Shown here: positions 1-9,711 of the stretch, piece by piece
Position numbering within the stretch: the stretch's first letter is position 1
Layout: every line of letters starts with the position of its first letter
Position numbers and translations under genes: made by a program
Sequence record: CM128184.1
Reading direction: 5' to 3' (one strand)
DNA length: 32,000 nt
The notes under the pieces: model-generated
What the model was told of the DNA's origin: nothing
The model's input: only the letters and a program-made list of their open reading frames with translations
Databases searched by the model: none

Positions 1-474
1 CCTTCATTCGCATTATTATATAGCCTTGATGAAGTAGTAGACCCTGCAGTAACTATAAAAGCTATTGGTCATCAATGGTATTGGAGTTATGAATATTCAG
101 ACTATAGTGTAGCTGATGATCAAAGCATTGCTTTTGATAGTTACATGATTCCTGATGATGATTTAGAATTAGGGCAATATAGATTACTAGAAGTAGATAA
201 TCGTGTAGTTGTTCCAGTTGAAACTCATATTCGAGTTATTATTACAGCAGCTGATGTTTTACATAGTTGGGCAGTGCCTTCACTAGGGGTGAAATGTGAT
301 GCAGTACCTGGTAGATTAAACCAAATACCTATTTTCATTAAACGTGAGGGCGTATTTTATGGACAATGTAGCGAACTTTGCGGTGCAAACCACGCATTTA
401 TGCCTATCGTTGTTGAAGCTGTGTCTCTAGAAAATTACATTTCTTGGGTATCTAATAAATTAGAAGAATTGTAA
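1..474 (+). CDS. cox2: cytochrome c oxidase subunit II, 3' part (5' end lies outside the window)
   Basis: Frame 1 is open from nt 1. The translation contains [11 protein letters not shown] and the CuA-site motif [13 protein letters not shown]. Stop TAA at 472-474. Confidence 0.95.
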   Translation, partial: PSFALLYSLDEVVDPAVTIKAIGHQWYWSYEYSDYSVADDQSIAFDSYMIPDDDLELGQYRLLEVDNRVVVPVETHIRVIITAADVLHSWAVPSLGVKCDAVPGRLNQIPIFIKREGVFYGQCSELCGANHAFMPIVVEAVSLENYISWVSNKLEEL

Positions 475-818
475 TTATTTAATATAAATGATACTTATAT
501 AAATCAATTTGATTTATTAGCGTAATATTTTTTTACGTAAAAATATTATTTAATTGAAATACCAAACATACATATTTGGTGTCTCAATTTAATCTATAAG
601 AGTGTATTTTAAAAATCACAAAGTAAAATAACGTATATTCTTTATGAATATACTTTGTTGTACCAAGTAAGACTTTGTTTATTTAAGAGCAAAATACATA
701 ATAAAACACGCTCCTATAGATTAAAATAAAAAAAAGAACCGATTTAAAATTTATTGTATCAATGTCCAGTACAGAAATATAATAAACTAAATTTCTTCTA
801 AATAAAAAAATTTTAATT

Positions 819-1607
819 ATGAGAAAACATCCTTTTCATTTAGTGGATCCAAGTCCATGGCCTTTATTAGCTAGTTTTGCAGTATTTTTTTCAACAACAG
901 GTGGAGTAATGTACATGCATGCATATTCTGGTGGAGGTATTTTATTGGCTTTTGGTCAATTATCACTATTTTATGTTATGTATGTATGGTGGAGAGACGT
1001 TATTAGAGAAGCTACATATCAAGGCCATCATACTACTCCTGTGCAAGTAGGATTACGTTACGGAATGTTATTATTTATTCTTTCTGAAATAATGTTTTTC
1101 TTTGCATTTTTTTGGGCTTTCTTTCATTCAAGCTTAGCCCCAACTGTAGAAATTGGTGCAATTTGGCCTCCTAAAGGAATCCAAGTTTTAAATCCTTGGG
1201 AAATTCCTTTTTTAAATACTATTATACTTTTAACTTCAGGTGCTTCAGTTACTTGGGCACACCATGCTATTTTAGCTGGAAATCGTAAACAAGGTATTAT
1301 AGCCTTAGCAGTTACTGTAGTTTTAGCTGTTATCTTTACAGGATTCCAAGCATTAGAATATCTTGAAGCTCCTTTCACAATTTCTGATGGAATTTATGGA
1401 TCTACTTTCTATTTAGCTACTGGTTTTCATGGATTTCATGTTATAATAGGTACTCTGTTTTTAGCTGTATGTTTATTCCGTTTAATATTACATCATTTCT
1501 CAAAATCTCATCATTTTGGATTTGAAGCTGCTGCTTGGTATTGGCACATGGTTGACGTTGTATGGTTATTCTTATTTGTATGTGTATATTACTGGGGTGG
1601 TGCATAA
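819..1607 (+). CDS. cox3: cytochrome c oxidase subunit III
   Basis: 262-aa ORF with ATG start. Typical cox3 motifs are present: [40 protein letters not shown]. Confidence 0.97.
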   Translation: MRKHPFHLVDPSPWPLLASFAVFFSTTGGVMYMHAYSGGGILLAFGQLSLFYVMYVWWRDVIREATYQGHHTTPVQVGLRYGMLLFILSEIMFFFAFFWAFFHSSLAPTVEIGAIWPPKGIQVLNPWEIPFLNTIILLTSGASVTWAHHAILAGNRKQGIIALAVTVVLAVIFTGFQALEYLEAPFTISDGIYGSTFYLATGFHGFHVIIGTLFLAVCLFRLILHHFSKSHHFGFEAAAWYWHMVDVVWLFLFVCVYYWGGA

Positions 1608-1651
1608 TTAAAATAAATTCGATTCTTTTCGACTTTGTTTCAATTTTGTTT

Positions 1652-1752
1652 CGACTTGGTTATGACTTAGTTATGACTTGGTTATGACTTCGTTTTAACT
1701 TGGTTATGACTTCGTTTTAACTTGGTTATGACTTCGTTTTAACTTCGTTACA
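1652..1752. repeat. tandem repeat, 22-bp unit (acttggttatgacttcgtttta, about 3 copies) preceded by 11-bp sub-repeats gacttNgttat
   Basis: Direct reading of the sequence downstream of the cox3 stop. Confidence 0.85.
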
Positions 1753-1848
1753 TCCATATATTAATTTTAAAACGATACTATACAATTCTAAATATAATTT
1801 ATTTTAATAAATTATATTTATTTCAAGTAAAATAGTATTAGAATACTA

Positions 1849-1892
1849 TTATGGCTTGTTGTACGTAGTGTACTACGTACAACAAGCCATAA
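1849..1892. promoter_or_regulatory. perfect 21-bp-arm palindrome between cox3 and nad7
   Basis: ttatggcttgttgtacgtagt / actacgtacaacaagccataa are exact reverse complements separated by 2 nt. The element lies 39 nt upstream of the nad7 ATG. Confidence 0.7.
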
Positions 1893-1930
1893 ATAAGTAT
1901 GGAAACTATTTATAATAAAAAAATAAAATT

Positions 1931-3169
1931 ATGGCTATTGAAAAAGTAATTACAGCCCCAAAATATAAAAATTTTACTATTAATTTTGGACCTCAACATC
2001 CAGCTGCTCATGGTGTATTAAGACTCGTACTGGAAATGAATGGGGAAGTAGTTCAACGTTCTGATCCACATATTGGGTTATTACATAGAGGGACTGAGAA
2101 ATTAATAGAATATAAAAATTATTTACAAGCATTACCTTACTTTGATCGTCTAGATTATGTTTCTATGATGTGTCAAGAACATGCTTATTCATTAGCAGTG
2201 GAAAAACTTTTAAACTTCAACACTGGGCCTAGTTCGTCTAATAATGATGAAAATAAAATGACTGTACCTTTACGTGCTCAATATATACGAGTATTGTTTA
2301 GTGAAATTACACGTATTTTAAATCATTTATTAGCTGTTACTTGCCATGCTATGGATGTAGGTGCATTAACTCCATTTCTTTGGGGATTTGAAGAACGCGA
2401 AAAACTAATGGAATTTTATGAGAGAGTTTCTGGAGCACGTATGCATGCTGCTTATATTAGACCGGGTGGTGTATCTCTTGATTTACCTTTAGGTTTATGT
2501 GAAGATATTTATAAATTTTCTAAACAATTTGCATCACGTATTGATGAAATCGAAGAAATGCTGACTTCTAACAGAATTTGGAAACAAAGACTTGTTGATG
2601 TTGGGGTTGTTTCTGCTGAACAAGCTATGGATTGGAGTTTTTCTGGAGTATTATTACGTGGTTCTGGTATTGCTTGGGATCTAAGAAAAACACAACCTTA
2701 TGAAGTTTATGATCGCATGAAATTTAATATACCTGTGGGTACTCGTGGAGATTGTTATGATAGATACTTGATTCGTGTTCAAGAAATGCGTGAAAGTTTA
2801 AGAATCATTATGCAAACTATTAATGAAATGCCTAAAGGTGTAATACGTTTAGATGATAAAAAAATTACTCCACCTACACGTGACCAAATGAAACAATCTA
2901 TGGAATCTTTAATTCATCACTTTAAGTTCTATACATCAGGATTTGTTGTTCCAGCAGGTGAAACATATACTGCTGTTGAAGCGCCTAAAGGTGAATTTGG
3001 TGTATATCTTGTAAGTAATGGTACTTCAAGACCTTATAGATGTAAAATTAGAGCGCCCGGCTTTGCACATTTACAAGGACTTGATTTTATGGCTCGTAAT
3101 CATATGTTAGCCGATGTTGTTACAATTATTGGAACACAAGACATTGTATTTGGAGAAGTTGATCGATAA
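1931..3169 (+). CDS. nad7: NADH dehydrogenase subunit 7 (49-kDa subunit)
   Basis: 412-aa ORF with [28 protein letters not shown] and a C-terminal DIVFGEVDR. Confidence 0.97.
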   Translation: MAIEKVITAPKYKNFTINFGPQHPAAHGVLRLVLEMNGEVVQRSDPHIGLLHRGTEKLIEYKNYLQALPYFDRLDYVSMMCQEHAYSLAVEKLLNFNTGPSSSNNDENKMTVPLRAQYIRVLFSEITRILNHLLAVTCHAMDVGALTPFLWGFEEREKLMEFYERVSGARMHAAYIRPGGVSLDLPLGLCEDIYKFSKQFASRIDEIEEMLTSNRIWKQRLVDVGVVSAEQAMDWSFSGVLLRGSGIAWDLRKTQPYEVYDRMKFNIPVGTRGDCYDRYLIRVQEMRESLRIIMQTINEMPKGVIRLDDKKITPPTRDQMKQSMESLIHHFKFYTSGFVVPAGETYTAVEAPKGEFGVYLVSNGTSRPYRCKIRAPGFAHLQGLDFMARNHMLADVVTIIGTQDIVFGEVDR

Positions 3170-3501
3170 TCTAGTATGAAATAACTGAATAAATCTAATT
3201 TATTTCACACGGTAGATCCAATCAAAACAAAAAAATGTTCTCGTTTGGGGTTATAAACCTTAATACACGTTGTTTATTTTACTATCGAGACAAATAAGTA
3301 AATTTAATTTTTTAAAAAAATTATAAAATTATGCCTATTTGCCTCGATAGATTGAAACCCATTATCTCTGGATAATAAACTTTGTTTATTTTATAAATTT
3401 TTGTTTATTTTAGCCTGTTGTTAGTAAATAAAGAACAAAAATCAAATAAACTTGGTTTATTTGATAACAATTCATTTCAAAAAATTAAAATATTTTATAT
3501 T

Positions 3502-3801
3502 ATGTTTAACTCAATCAAACGCGATTTAAAAAGACGAAAATTATATATGAAGTATGAGTCTAAAAGAATTTTATATAAAGCTTTAGCTAATGATTGTAAT
3601 TTAGACCAAGATTTACGGTTTTTGTGTGCACAAAAACTTAATCAGTTACCAAGAAATAGTAGTCGTGTTCGTATAAAAAATAGATGTATTGTCACAGGCC
3701 GAGGTCATTCAGTATATAAATTTTGTAGGATTTCTCGTATAAAATTTCGTGATTTAGCAAATCAAGGCCTTATACAAGGATGTGTAAAAGCTAGCTGGTA
3801 A
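3502..3801 (+). CDS. rps14: ribosomal protein S14
   Basis: MFNSIKRDLKRRKLYMKYESKRILYKAL... with a C-terminal ...RISRIKFRDLANQGLIQGCVKASW, typical of S14. I use the ATG at 3502 rather than the TTG at 3418 in the ORF track. Confidence 0.9.
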   Translation: MFNSIKRDLKRRKLYMKYESKRILYKALANDCNLDQDLRFLCAQKLNQLPRNSSRVRIKNRCIVTGRGHSVYKFCRISRIKFRDLANQGLIQGCVKASW

Positions 3802-3831
3802 AATTTAAAATGAATCAAATTTGTTGTGTAT

Positions 3832-3980
3832 CTTATATAGGAATAATCTATATAGACATATATAGGATAATCTATATAGACATATATAGGATAATCTATA
3901 TAGACATATATAGGATAATCTATATAGACATATATAGGATAATCTATATAGACATATATAGGAATAGATATATATATACT
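3832..3980 (+). repeat. tandem array of a 24-bp unit (tatataggataatctatatagaca), about 5-6 copies. The first 27 nt are identical to the motif upstream of rrnS and rrnL.
   Basis: Direct reading. cttatataggaataatctatatagaca at 3832-3858 equals 9649-9675 and the complement of 19330-19356. Confidence 0.9.
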
Positions 3981-4159
3981 CTATTTTCATTACCAAATTT
4001 GTATTTATTACAAAGTAAATACAGTTAGGCACAGCAAATACAATACTTATACTTTATCTATAAAAAAACCGTTATATATTTCATTATTATTTTTTCTAAT
4101 TTAAATAGAGAATTACGGATCTTTAAATCAAAAGATTCTACTTGTAAAAAATTATTTAT

Positions 4160-4567
4160 ATGTTACAACCGAAAAACACAAAATTTCGTAAATTTCAAAA
4201 ATCAAGAGTTAAAGGCGTACAATCTAATACAGATCAATTAAGATATGGTAAATTCGGTATCAAGACTGTTTCAGCTGCTAGAATACCTGCTAGAACGATT
4301 GAAGCGGTTCGTCGAGTGATCACTAGAAAATTTAAGAGATTAGGTATTGTTTGGATTAGAGTATTCCCTGATATTGCAGTATCTGAAAAACCCGCAGAAG
4401 TTCGTATGGGTAAAGGTAAAGGGGCCCCTCAATACTGGGTATGTCGAGTGAAACGAGGCGCTATTTTATTTGAATTTGATGGTGTTTCTGCTCAATTAGC
4501 CAAACAAGCTGCAAGACTAGCAGATTCCAAATTACCAGTTAAAACTCGTTTTATAACGTATTCTTAG
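4160..4567 (+). CDS. rpl16: ribosomal protein L16
   Basis: MLQPKNTKFRK...RMGKGKG...YWV..VK.G.ILFE is the classical L16 signature. Stop TAG. Confidence 0.96.
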   Translation: MLQPKNTKFRKFQKSRVKGVQSNTDQLRYGKFGIKTVSAARIPARTIEAVRRVITRKFKRLGIVWIRVFPDIAVSEKPAEVRMGKGKGAPQYWVCRVKRGAILFEFDGVSAQLAKQAARLADSKLPVKTRFITYS

Positions 4568-4775
4568 GTGTACGAAGTATGTACGAAGTAAAATAAACGA
4601 AGTTTATGATTAATTCTTGGAATATCTTTCATTTATTTTATTAAAAATAACGGATATTTTTTTATGAATATAATGTTATTGTATATTCTTTATGAATATA
4701 ATGTTATTCCTTTTTCCTTTAAAAAATGAAATTTATTCGCGACAACAATTTCTATAAAATATAAAACCACTATAT

Positions 4776-5009
4776 ATGTCAAGATCTTTATCAAAACCTC
4801 CTTTTTCTGAAATACGACTAATAAAAGACAATATGATTAAAATATGGTCACGTCGTTCTACTATTTTACCTCAATTTGTTGGTAAAACTGTATCAATTCA
4901 TAATGGTAGAATTTTTATTCCATGTAAAATTTCCCCAGAAATGATTGGTCATAAATTTGGCGAATTTGCGGTTACTCGTAAAAAACCTGTACACAAAAAA
5001 AAAAAATAA
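4776..5009 (+). CDS. rps19: ribosomal protein S19
   Basis: 77 aa. ...[47 protein letters not shown] is the S19 core. It ends in an A-run encoding KKKK. Confidence 0.93.
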   Translation: MSRSLSKPPFSEIRLIKDNMIKIWSRRSTILPQFVGKTVSIHNGRIFIPCKISPEMIGHKFGEFAVTRKKPVHKKKK

Positions 5010-5054
5010 CATATCATATTTTGGGTCACTATTGAAAATATGATATGTTATTTT
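5003..5054 (+). terminator. 20-bp perfect stem-loop overlapping the rps19 stop codon (putative transcript 3'-end or processing signal)
   Basis: aaaataacatatcatatttt (5003-5022) is the exact reverse complement of 5035-5054. The loop is 12 nt. Confidence 0.6.
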
Positions 5055-5082
5055 ATTCCACTCTATTTTTTTATTATATTCT

Positions 5083-5163
5083 GCTCGCTTGGTGAAATTG
5101 GTATACACGACAGACTTAAAATCTGTTCCTTTTAGGGTATCGGTTCAAGTCCGATAGTGAGCA
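5083..5163 (+). tRNA. trnL: tRNA-Leu(UAA), class II with long variable arm
   Basis: Acceptor gctcgct/agtgagc. Anticodon stem acaga/tctgt with loop cttaaaa. T arm atcgg-ttcaagt-ccgat. Confidence 0.9.
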
Positions 5164-5172
5164 ATTTTTAAA

Positions 5173-5303
5173 TTCAAAGATAAGGATTTTTTATTCAAAA
5201 ATAAGGGTATTCTTATTCAAAAATAAGGGCATTCTTACTCAAAAATAAGGGCATTCTTACTCAAAAATAAGGGCAGTCTTATTTTCGGATAAGGGCATTC
5301 TTA
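5173..5303 (+). repeat. tandem 22-bp repeat (tcaaaaataagggcattcttac, about 5 copies). Each unit carries a copy of the trnR 5' acceptor strand.
   Basis: aagggcattctta recurs five times with minor variants. The last copy runs directly into the trnR D arm (gctcagttgg). Confidence 0.85.
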
Positions 5304-5368
5304 GCTCAGTTGGATAGAGCAACAACCTTCTAAGTTGACGGTCGTAGGTTCAATTCCTACAGAGTGCG
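5295..5368 (+). tRNA. trnR: tRNA-Arg(UCU)
   Basis: Acceptor gcattct/agagtgc. D arm gctc-agttggata-gagc. Anticodon loop cttctaa. T arm gtagg-ttcaatt-cctac. Confidence 0.9.
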
Positions 5369-5665
5369 TATCAATTTAAAATTTTAAAACTATAATTTTT
5401 TTGTATTGTTTTTTTTGTATATCGATAATGCTTGTAGTTTTTATAACGGAATAAATGATATTTATTCGTTTAATAAGTAAAAGCGTATCATTTCTACTTT
5501 TATTATCGAAATAAAAATACTTTTTACTTCGTACTACTTGGTACGACAATAAATTGGATTTATTTTACTTGATACAACATAACTTATATTATTTATGTCG
5601 TAAGTAATATAATTCTATGTTTTCACATTATTAAAAAATGTGAATATTATTATAAAACTAAACTT

Positions 5666-7714
5666 ATGTATTTACTGGTACTTTTATTACCCTTACTTGC
5701 AAGTATTTCAGCAGGGTTGTTTGGTCGATTTTTAGGATTTCGAGGAGCAGCTCTATTAACAACTAGTAGTGTATTTTTATCTTTTGTTATTAGTTGCATA
5801 GCTTTTTATGAGGTAGCATTATCAGGAGTAACCTGTAGTATTGAATGGATGCCTTGGTTTTTTTCAGAGATGTTTGATGCCGGTTGGGGTTTCTATTTTG
5901 ATAGTCTTACAGTAATAATGCTTTGTGTAATTACAAGTATAAGTACTCTAGTTCATTTATATTCTATTTCTTATATGGAAGCAGATCCTCATTTACCACG
6001 TTTCATGGCATATCTATCTATTTTTACTTTTTTCATGTTAATGTTGGTAACAGCTGATAATTTTTTACAAATGTTTTTTGGTTGGGAAGGTGTAGGTCTT
6101 GCATCATATTTATTAATTAATTTCTGGTTTACCAGACTTCAAGCATCAAAAGCATCTATTAAAGCGATGTTAGTGAACCGTGTAGGTGATTTTGGTCTTG
6201 CATTAGGTGTAATGGCTATTTTTTCAGTATTTAAGACGGTAGATTTTTATACGGTGTTTGCACTTGCTGCTCATCAATCAGAAGCGGTGTTGATATTTTG
6301 TAATATAGAATTTCATGCATTAACAGTGATATGTATATTATTGTTTGTAGGGGCTGTAGGTAAATCAGCACAATTAGGTTTACATACTTGGTTACCAGAT
6401 GCTATGGAAGGTCCTACACCGGTATCTGCATTAATTCATGCAGCTACAATGGTAACAGCAGGTGTTTTTATGATAGCACGTTGTTCACCATTATTTGAAT
6501 ATGCTCCTAAAGCTCTTGTTGTAGTAGCTATTGTAGGAGCTATGACATGTTTCTTTGCAGCAACAACTGGAGTAGTACAAAATGACCTTAAAAGAGTTAT
6601 TGCTTATTCAACTGCTAGTCAATTAGGATATATGATTTTTGCGTGTGGTATTTCTCAATATACTGTAGGTGTATTTCATTTAATGAATCATGCTTTTTTT
6701 AAAGCATTATTATTCTTAAGTGCTGGGAGTGTTATTCATTCTCTTTCAGATCAACAAGATATGAGAAAAATGGGAGGAATGGCAAAACTTTTACCTTTTA
6801 CTTATGCTATGATGTCTATTGGAAGCTTTTCACTTGTGGGATTTCCATTCCTTACTGGATTCTATAGTAAAGATGTTATTTTAGAAGTAGCTTTCGCTCG
6901 ATATACTTGGGATGCTAATTTTGCCTATTTATTTGGAAGTATTTGTGTAGCTCTTACATCTTATTATTCATTTCGTTTGTTATTTCTTACTTTTATAGCT
7001 CCAACGAATGCTTATAAATCTACTGTAAAAGCTGCTCATGATGCGCCATTTTTATTAGCCTTGCCATTGTTTCTATTATCTATAGGAAGTATTTTTGTAG
7101 GGTATTGTGCTAAAGATATGATGATTGGACTAGCTACCCCTTTTTGGGCTAATGCTATTTTTGTCTTACCACAAAATAATGTTTTATTGGAATCTGAATT
7201 TATACCACAATCTCAAAAATTTCTACCTTTAATAGCTACTGTTGCAGGTGCTGTAATTGCTTATTTTTTTTCTGTCTATAGTACTAAAACAAGCTTTGCT
7301 CTTAAACAAATACCTTTCTTCAGAAGCCTATATAGTTTTTTAAACAAACGTTGGTACTTTGATAAAGTATACAACGATTACATATCAAAAAACACTATGT
7401 CTTTTGGTTATAATGTAAGTTTTAAAGCTCTTGATAAAGGATTTTTTGAAATTTGTGGACCTACTGGTATTGCTTATAGTTTTCCAGCACTTGCTCAGTA
7501 TTGGAGCAGATTACAAAGTGGTCTGATATATCATTACGCAGTTGTTATGTTATTAGGACTTACTATGCTCGTTCTTGTAAGTAGTGCTTGGAGTGTACTA
7601 GAAAATGTTTTAGATAGTCGTATATTATTTATATATGCTATTTGTTTTTTATTTTATAACTATTATAATTCAGCATCTCGAGCCCTAGGCTCAACTGAAA
7701 ATTTAGAAAAATAA
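5666..7714 (+). CDS. nad5: NADH dehydrogenase subunit 5
   Basis: 682-aa hydrophobic ORF with [49 protein letters not shown] and [11 protein letters not shown]. Confidence 0.97.
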   Translation: MYLLVLLLPLLASISAGLFGRFLGFRGAALLTTSSVFLSFVISCIAFYEVALSGVTCSIEWMPWFFSEMFDAGWGFYFDSLTVIMLCVITSISTLVHLYSISYMEADPHLPRFMAYLSIFTFFMLMLVTADNFLQMFFGWEGVGLASYLLINFWFTRLQASKASIKAMLVNRVGDFGLALGVMAIFSVFKTVDFYTVFALAAHQSEAVLIFCNIEFHALTVICILLFVGAVGKSAQLGLHTWLPDAMEGPTPVSALIHAATMVTAGVFMIARCSPLFEYAPKALVVVAIVGAMTCFFAATTGVVQNDLKRVIAYSTASQLGYMIFACGISQYTVGVFHLMNHAFFKALLFLSAGSVIHSLSDQQDMRKMGGMAKLLPFTYAMMSIGSFSLVGFPFLTGFYSKDVILEVAFARYTWDANFAYLFGSICVALTSYYSFRLLFLTFIAPTNAYKSTVKAAHDAPFLLALPLFLLSIGSIFVGYCAKDMMIGLATPFWANAIFVLPQNNVLLESEFIPQSQKFLPLIATVAGAVIAYFFSVYSTKTSFALKQIPFFRSLYSFLNKRWYFDKVYNDYISKNTMSFGYNVSFKALDKGFFEICGPTGIAYSFPALAQYWSRLQSGLIYHYAVVMLLGLTMLVLVSSAWSVLENVLDSRILFIYAICFLFYNYYNSASRALGSTENLEK

Positions 7715-7739
7715 TAAGTATATATTAAAAACAGAACGT

Positions 7740-7787
7740 TTTTGTTGCTATTTATATTCATGGAAATAAATATAAATAGCAACAAAA
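7740..7787 (+). terminator. 19-bp stem-loop downstream of nad5
   Basis: 7741-7758 (tttgttgctatttatatt) is the exact reverse complement of 7769-7786, and 7740 pairs with 7787 to give a 19th pair. The loop is 10 nt. Confidence 0.55.
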
Positions 7788-7962
7788 TATTTTCCATCAC
7801 ATTTTTCTTGGTAGTATCGATATGTATAATTAAAGAATATTAAAAAAATAATAAATATATGTACAACAATAAAATAATATCGGGTTGTACGAAGTAAAAT
7901 AACGTATATTATTTAAAATTTATTATTTTATAATTTAAAAAACAATATTTTTTCTAAGCCTT

Positions 7963-9462
7963 ATGTCATATATTGAAATGGTTTTAGCTGTACCCCTATT
8001 AGGCGTAACAGCATTATTATTTGTTCCAAGTTGGAAAACACAAACTATCCGAAATATTGCATTAAACTCATCGTTATTGACTTTTTTAATCTCTCTCCTA
8101 CTTTGGATCGAATTCGATAGTAGTTCAGCAGTATTTCAATATACCAATGGTATTTGTTCTCCAAGTGGTTTTTCAGATGTTACTTTAGCTCGAGCTGCGA
8201 GTTCATCTAGTTTTTCTGCATTAAATTTCGCTCTTGGGGTTGATGGTATTTCATTATTTTTTATTATTCTTACTACATTATTAGTTCCCATTTGCATTTT
8301 AGTAAGTTGGAATAACATAGAAATATACGTAAAAGAATATTGTATTGCATTTTTAGTGTTAGAAACTTTAATGCTAACTGTATTCTCAGTATTGGATTTG
8401 TTATTATTTTATATATTTTTTGAAAGTGTATTAATTCCTATGTTTATTATCATAGGTGTTTGGGGTTCTAGAGAAAGAAAAATTAGAGCAGCATATCAAT
8501 TTTTTTTATATACATTATTTGGTTCTGTATTAATGTTATTAGCTATATTATTAATATATTTTCAAACAGGTACTCTAGACATTGAAATGTTATATCTATC
8601 TGATTTTAGTGAAACTAGACAATGTATACTCTGGTTAGCTTTTTTCGCAAGTTTTGCTGTTAAAGTTCCTATGGTACCTGTTCATATTTGGTTACCTGAA
8701 GCTCACGTAGAAGCTCCTACAGCAGGTTCTGTAATATTAGCTGGTATACTTCTAAAATTAGGTACATATGGATTTTTGAGATTTTCTATTCCATTATTTC
8801 CATATGCATGTATATATTTTACACCTCTAATTTATACAATGAGTATCATAGCTATCGTATATACAAGTTGTACTACTATTCGACAAATTGATCTTAAAAA
8901 AATTATTGCATATTCATCTGTAGCTCATATGAATTTTGTAACTATAGGATTATTTAGTCAAAATACTCAAGGTATTGAAGGAAGTATTTTACTTATGATT
9001 AGTCATGGTTTAGTCTCTCCTGCACTGTTTCTATGTGTTGGAGTACTTTATGATAGACATAAAACTCGATTATTACGTTATTATTCTGGATGTGGTCAAA
9101 CTATGCCATTATTTGCTCTCCTATTTGTATTCTTTACAATGGCAAATATAAGTTTACCAGGTACTAGTTCTTTCCCTGGAGAATTTTTAGTATTTATTGG
9201 GGCTTACCAAAACAATAGTTTCGTTGCTTTCTGTGCAGCTACTGGTATGGTTTTAGGTGCTGCTTATGCTTTATGGTTATGTAATCGATTAGTGTATGGT
9301 GTATCAAAACCTGATTTTATTAATACTTGGAGTGATTTAAATCGTCGAGAATTTTTCATGTTTGCCCCTCTAATTGCTGGTATTTTATGGATAGGTGTCT
9401 ATCCCGAACCATTTTTAGATGCAATGCACTGTTCTTGCATTTATCTGCTATATGCTCAATAA
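7963..9462 (+). CDS. nad4: NADH dehydrogenase subunit 4
   Basis: 499-aa ORF with LGVDGISLFFIILTTLL, FAVKVPMVPVHIWLPEAHVEAPTAGSVILAGILLKLG and IAYSSVAHMNFV. Confidence 0.97.
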   Translation: MSYIEMVLAVPLLGVTALLFVPSWKTQTIRNIALNSSLLTFLISLLLWIEFDSSSAVFQYTNGICSPSGFSDVTLARAASSSSFSALNFALGVDGISLFFIILTTLLVPICILVSWNNIEIYVKEYCIAFLVLETLMLTVFSVLDLLLFYIFFESVLIPMFIIIGVWGSRERKIRAAYQFFLYTLFGSVLMLLAILLIYFQTGTLDIEMLYLSDFSETRQCILWLAFFASFAVKVPMVPVHIWLPEAHVEAPTAGSVILAGILLKLGTYGFLRFSIPLFPYACIYFTPLIYTMSIIAIVYTSCTTIRQIDLKKIIAYSSVAHMNFVTIGLFSQNTQGIEGSILLMISHGLVSPALFLCVGVLYDRHKTRLLRYYSGCGQTMPLFALLFVFFTMANISLPGTSSFPGEFLVFIGAYQNNSFVAFCAATGMVLGAAYALWLCNRLVYGVSKPDFINTWSDLNRREFFMFAPLIAGILWIGVYPEPFLDAMHCSCIYLLYAQ

Positions 9463-9501
9463 ATTTAGGTTTATTGTAAAACGCAATATAAACTCTATTA
9501 T

Positions 9502-9551
9502 TTTTATGTGATATTTGCTTTTATTTAAATAAAAGCAAATATCACATAAAA
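9502..9551 (+). terminator. perfect 50-nt palindrome downstream of nad4
   Basis: ttttatgtgatatttgcttttattt / aaataaaagcaaatatcacataaaa are exact reverse complements. Confidence 0.55.
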
Positions 9552-9641
9552 TATAGCATAATCAAATAGAGTAGCATAAAACCAACTCCAGTTGAAATTT
9601 ATTCAATTATTAGTGCTTTGACTATTTATTTTCGTTAACAT

Positions 9642-9693
9642 AATGACACTTATATAGGAATAATCTATATAGACAGATATAGCAATAATCTAT
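9642..9693 (+). promoter_or_regulatory. 52-nt motif immediately upstream of rrnS, identical to the motif upstream of rrnL (candidate promoter or 5' processing element)
   Basis: aatgacacttatataggaataatctatatagacagatatagcaataatctat ends about 20 nt before the rrnS 5' end. An exact copy lies on the opposite strand at 19313-19364. Confidence 0.55.
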
Positions 9694-9711
9694 CAATCAA
9701 AGAATAAGGAA

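Noticed and set aside
1124-1378. 84-aa antisense ORF inside cox3. Similar antisense or overlapping ORFs are at 8136-8318, 4893-5108, 20534-20746, 23227-23490, 24271-24483, 29972-30154 and 30986-31186.
   Set aside because: All lie opposite or out of frame within well-supported conserved genes. They have no recognisable motifs and are expected by chance in AT-rich sequence.
3418-3501. TTG-initiated N-terminal extension of rps14 in the ORF track
   Set aside because: The conserved S14 N-terminus starts at the ATG at 3502 (MFNSIKRDLKRRK...). The extension is low-complexity spacer sequence.
3805-4032. ORFs of 72 and 75 aa on both strands, and a CRISPR-like look of regularly spaced repeats
   Set aside because: The reading frames are artefacts of a 24-bp (8-codon) tandem repeat. 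The units are contiguous with no unique spacers, so this is a tandem array and not a CRISPR locus.
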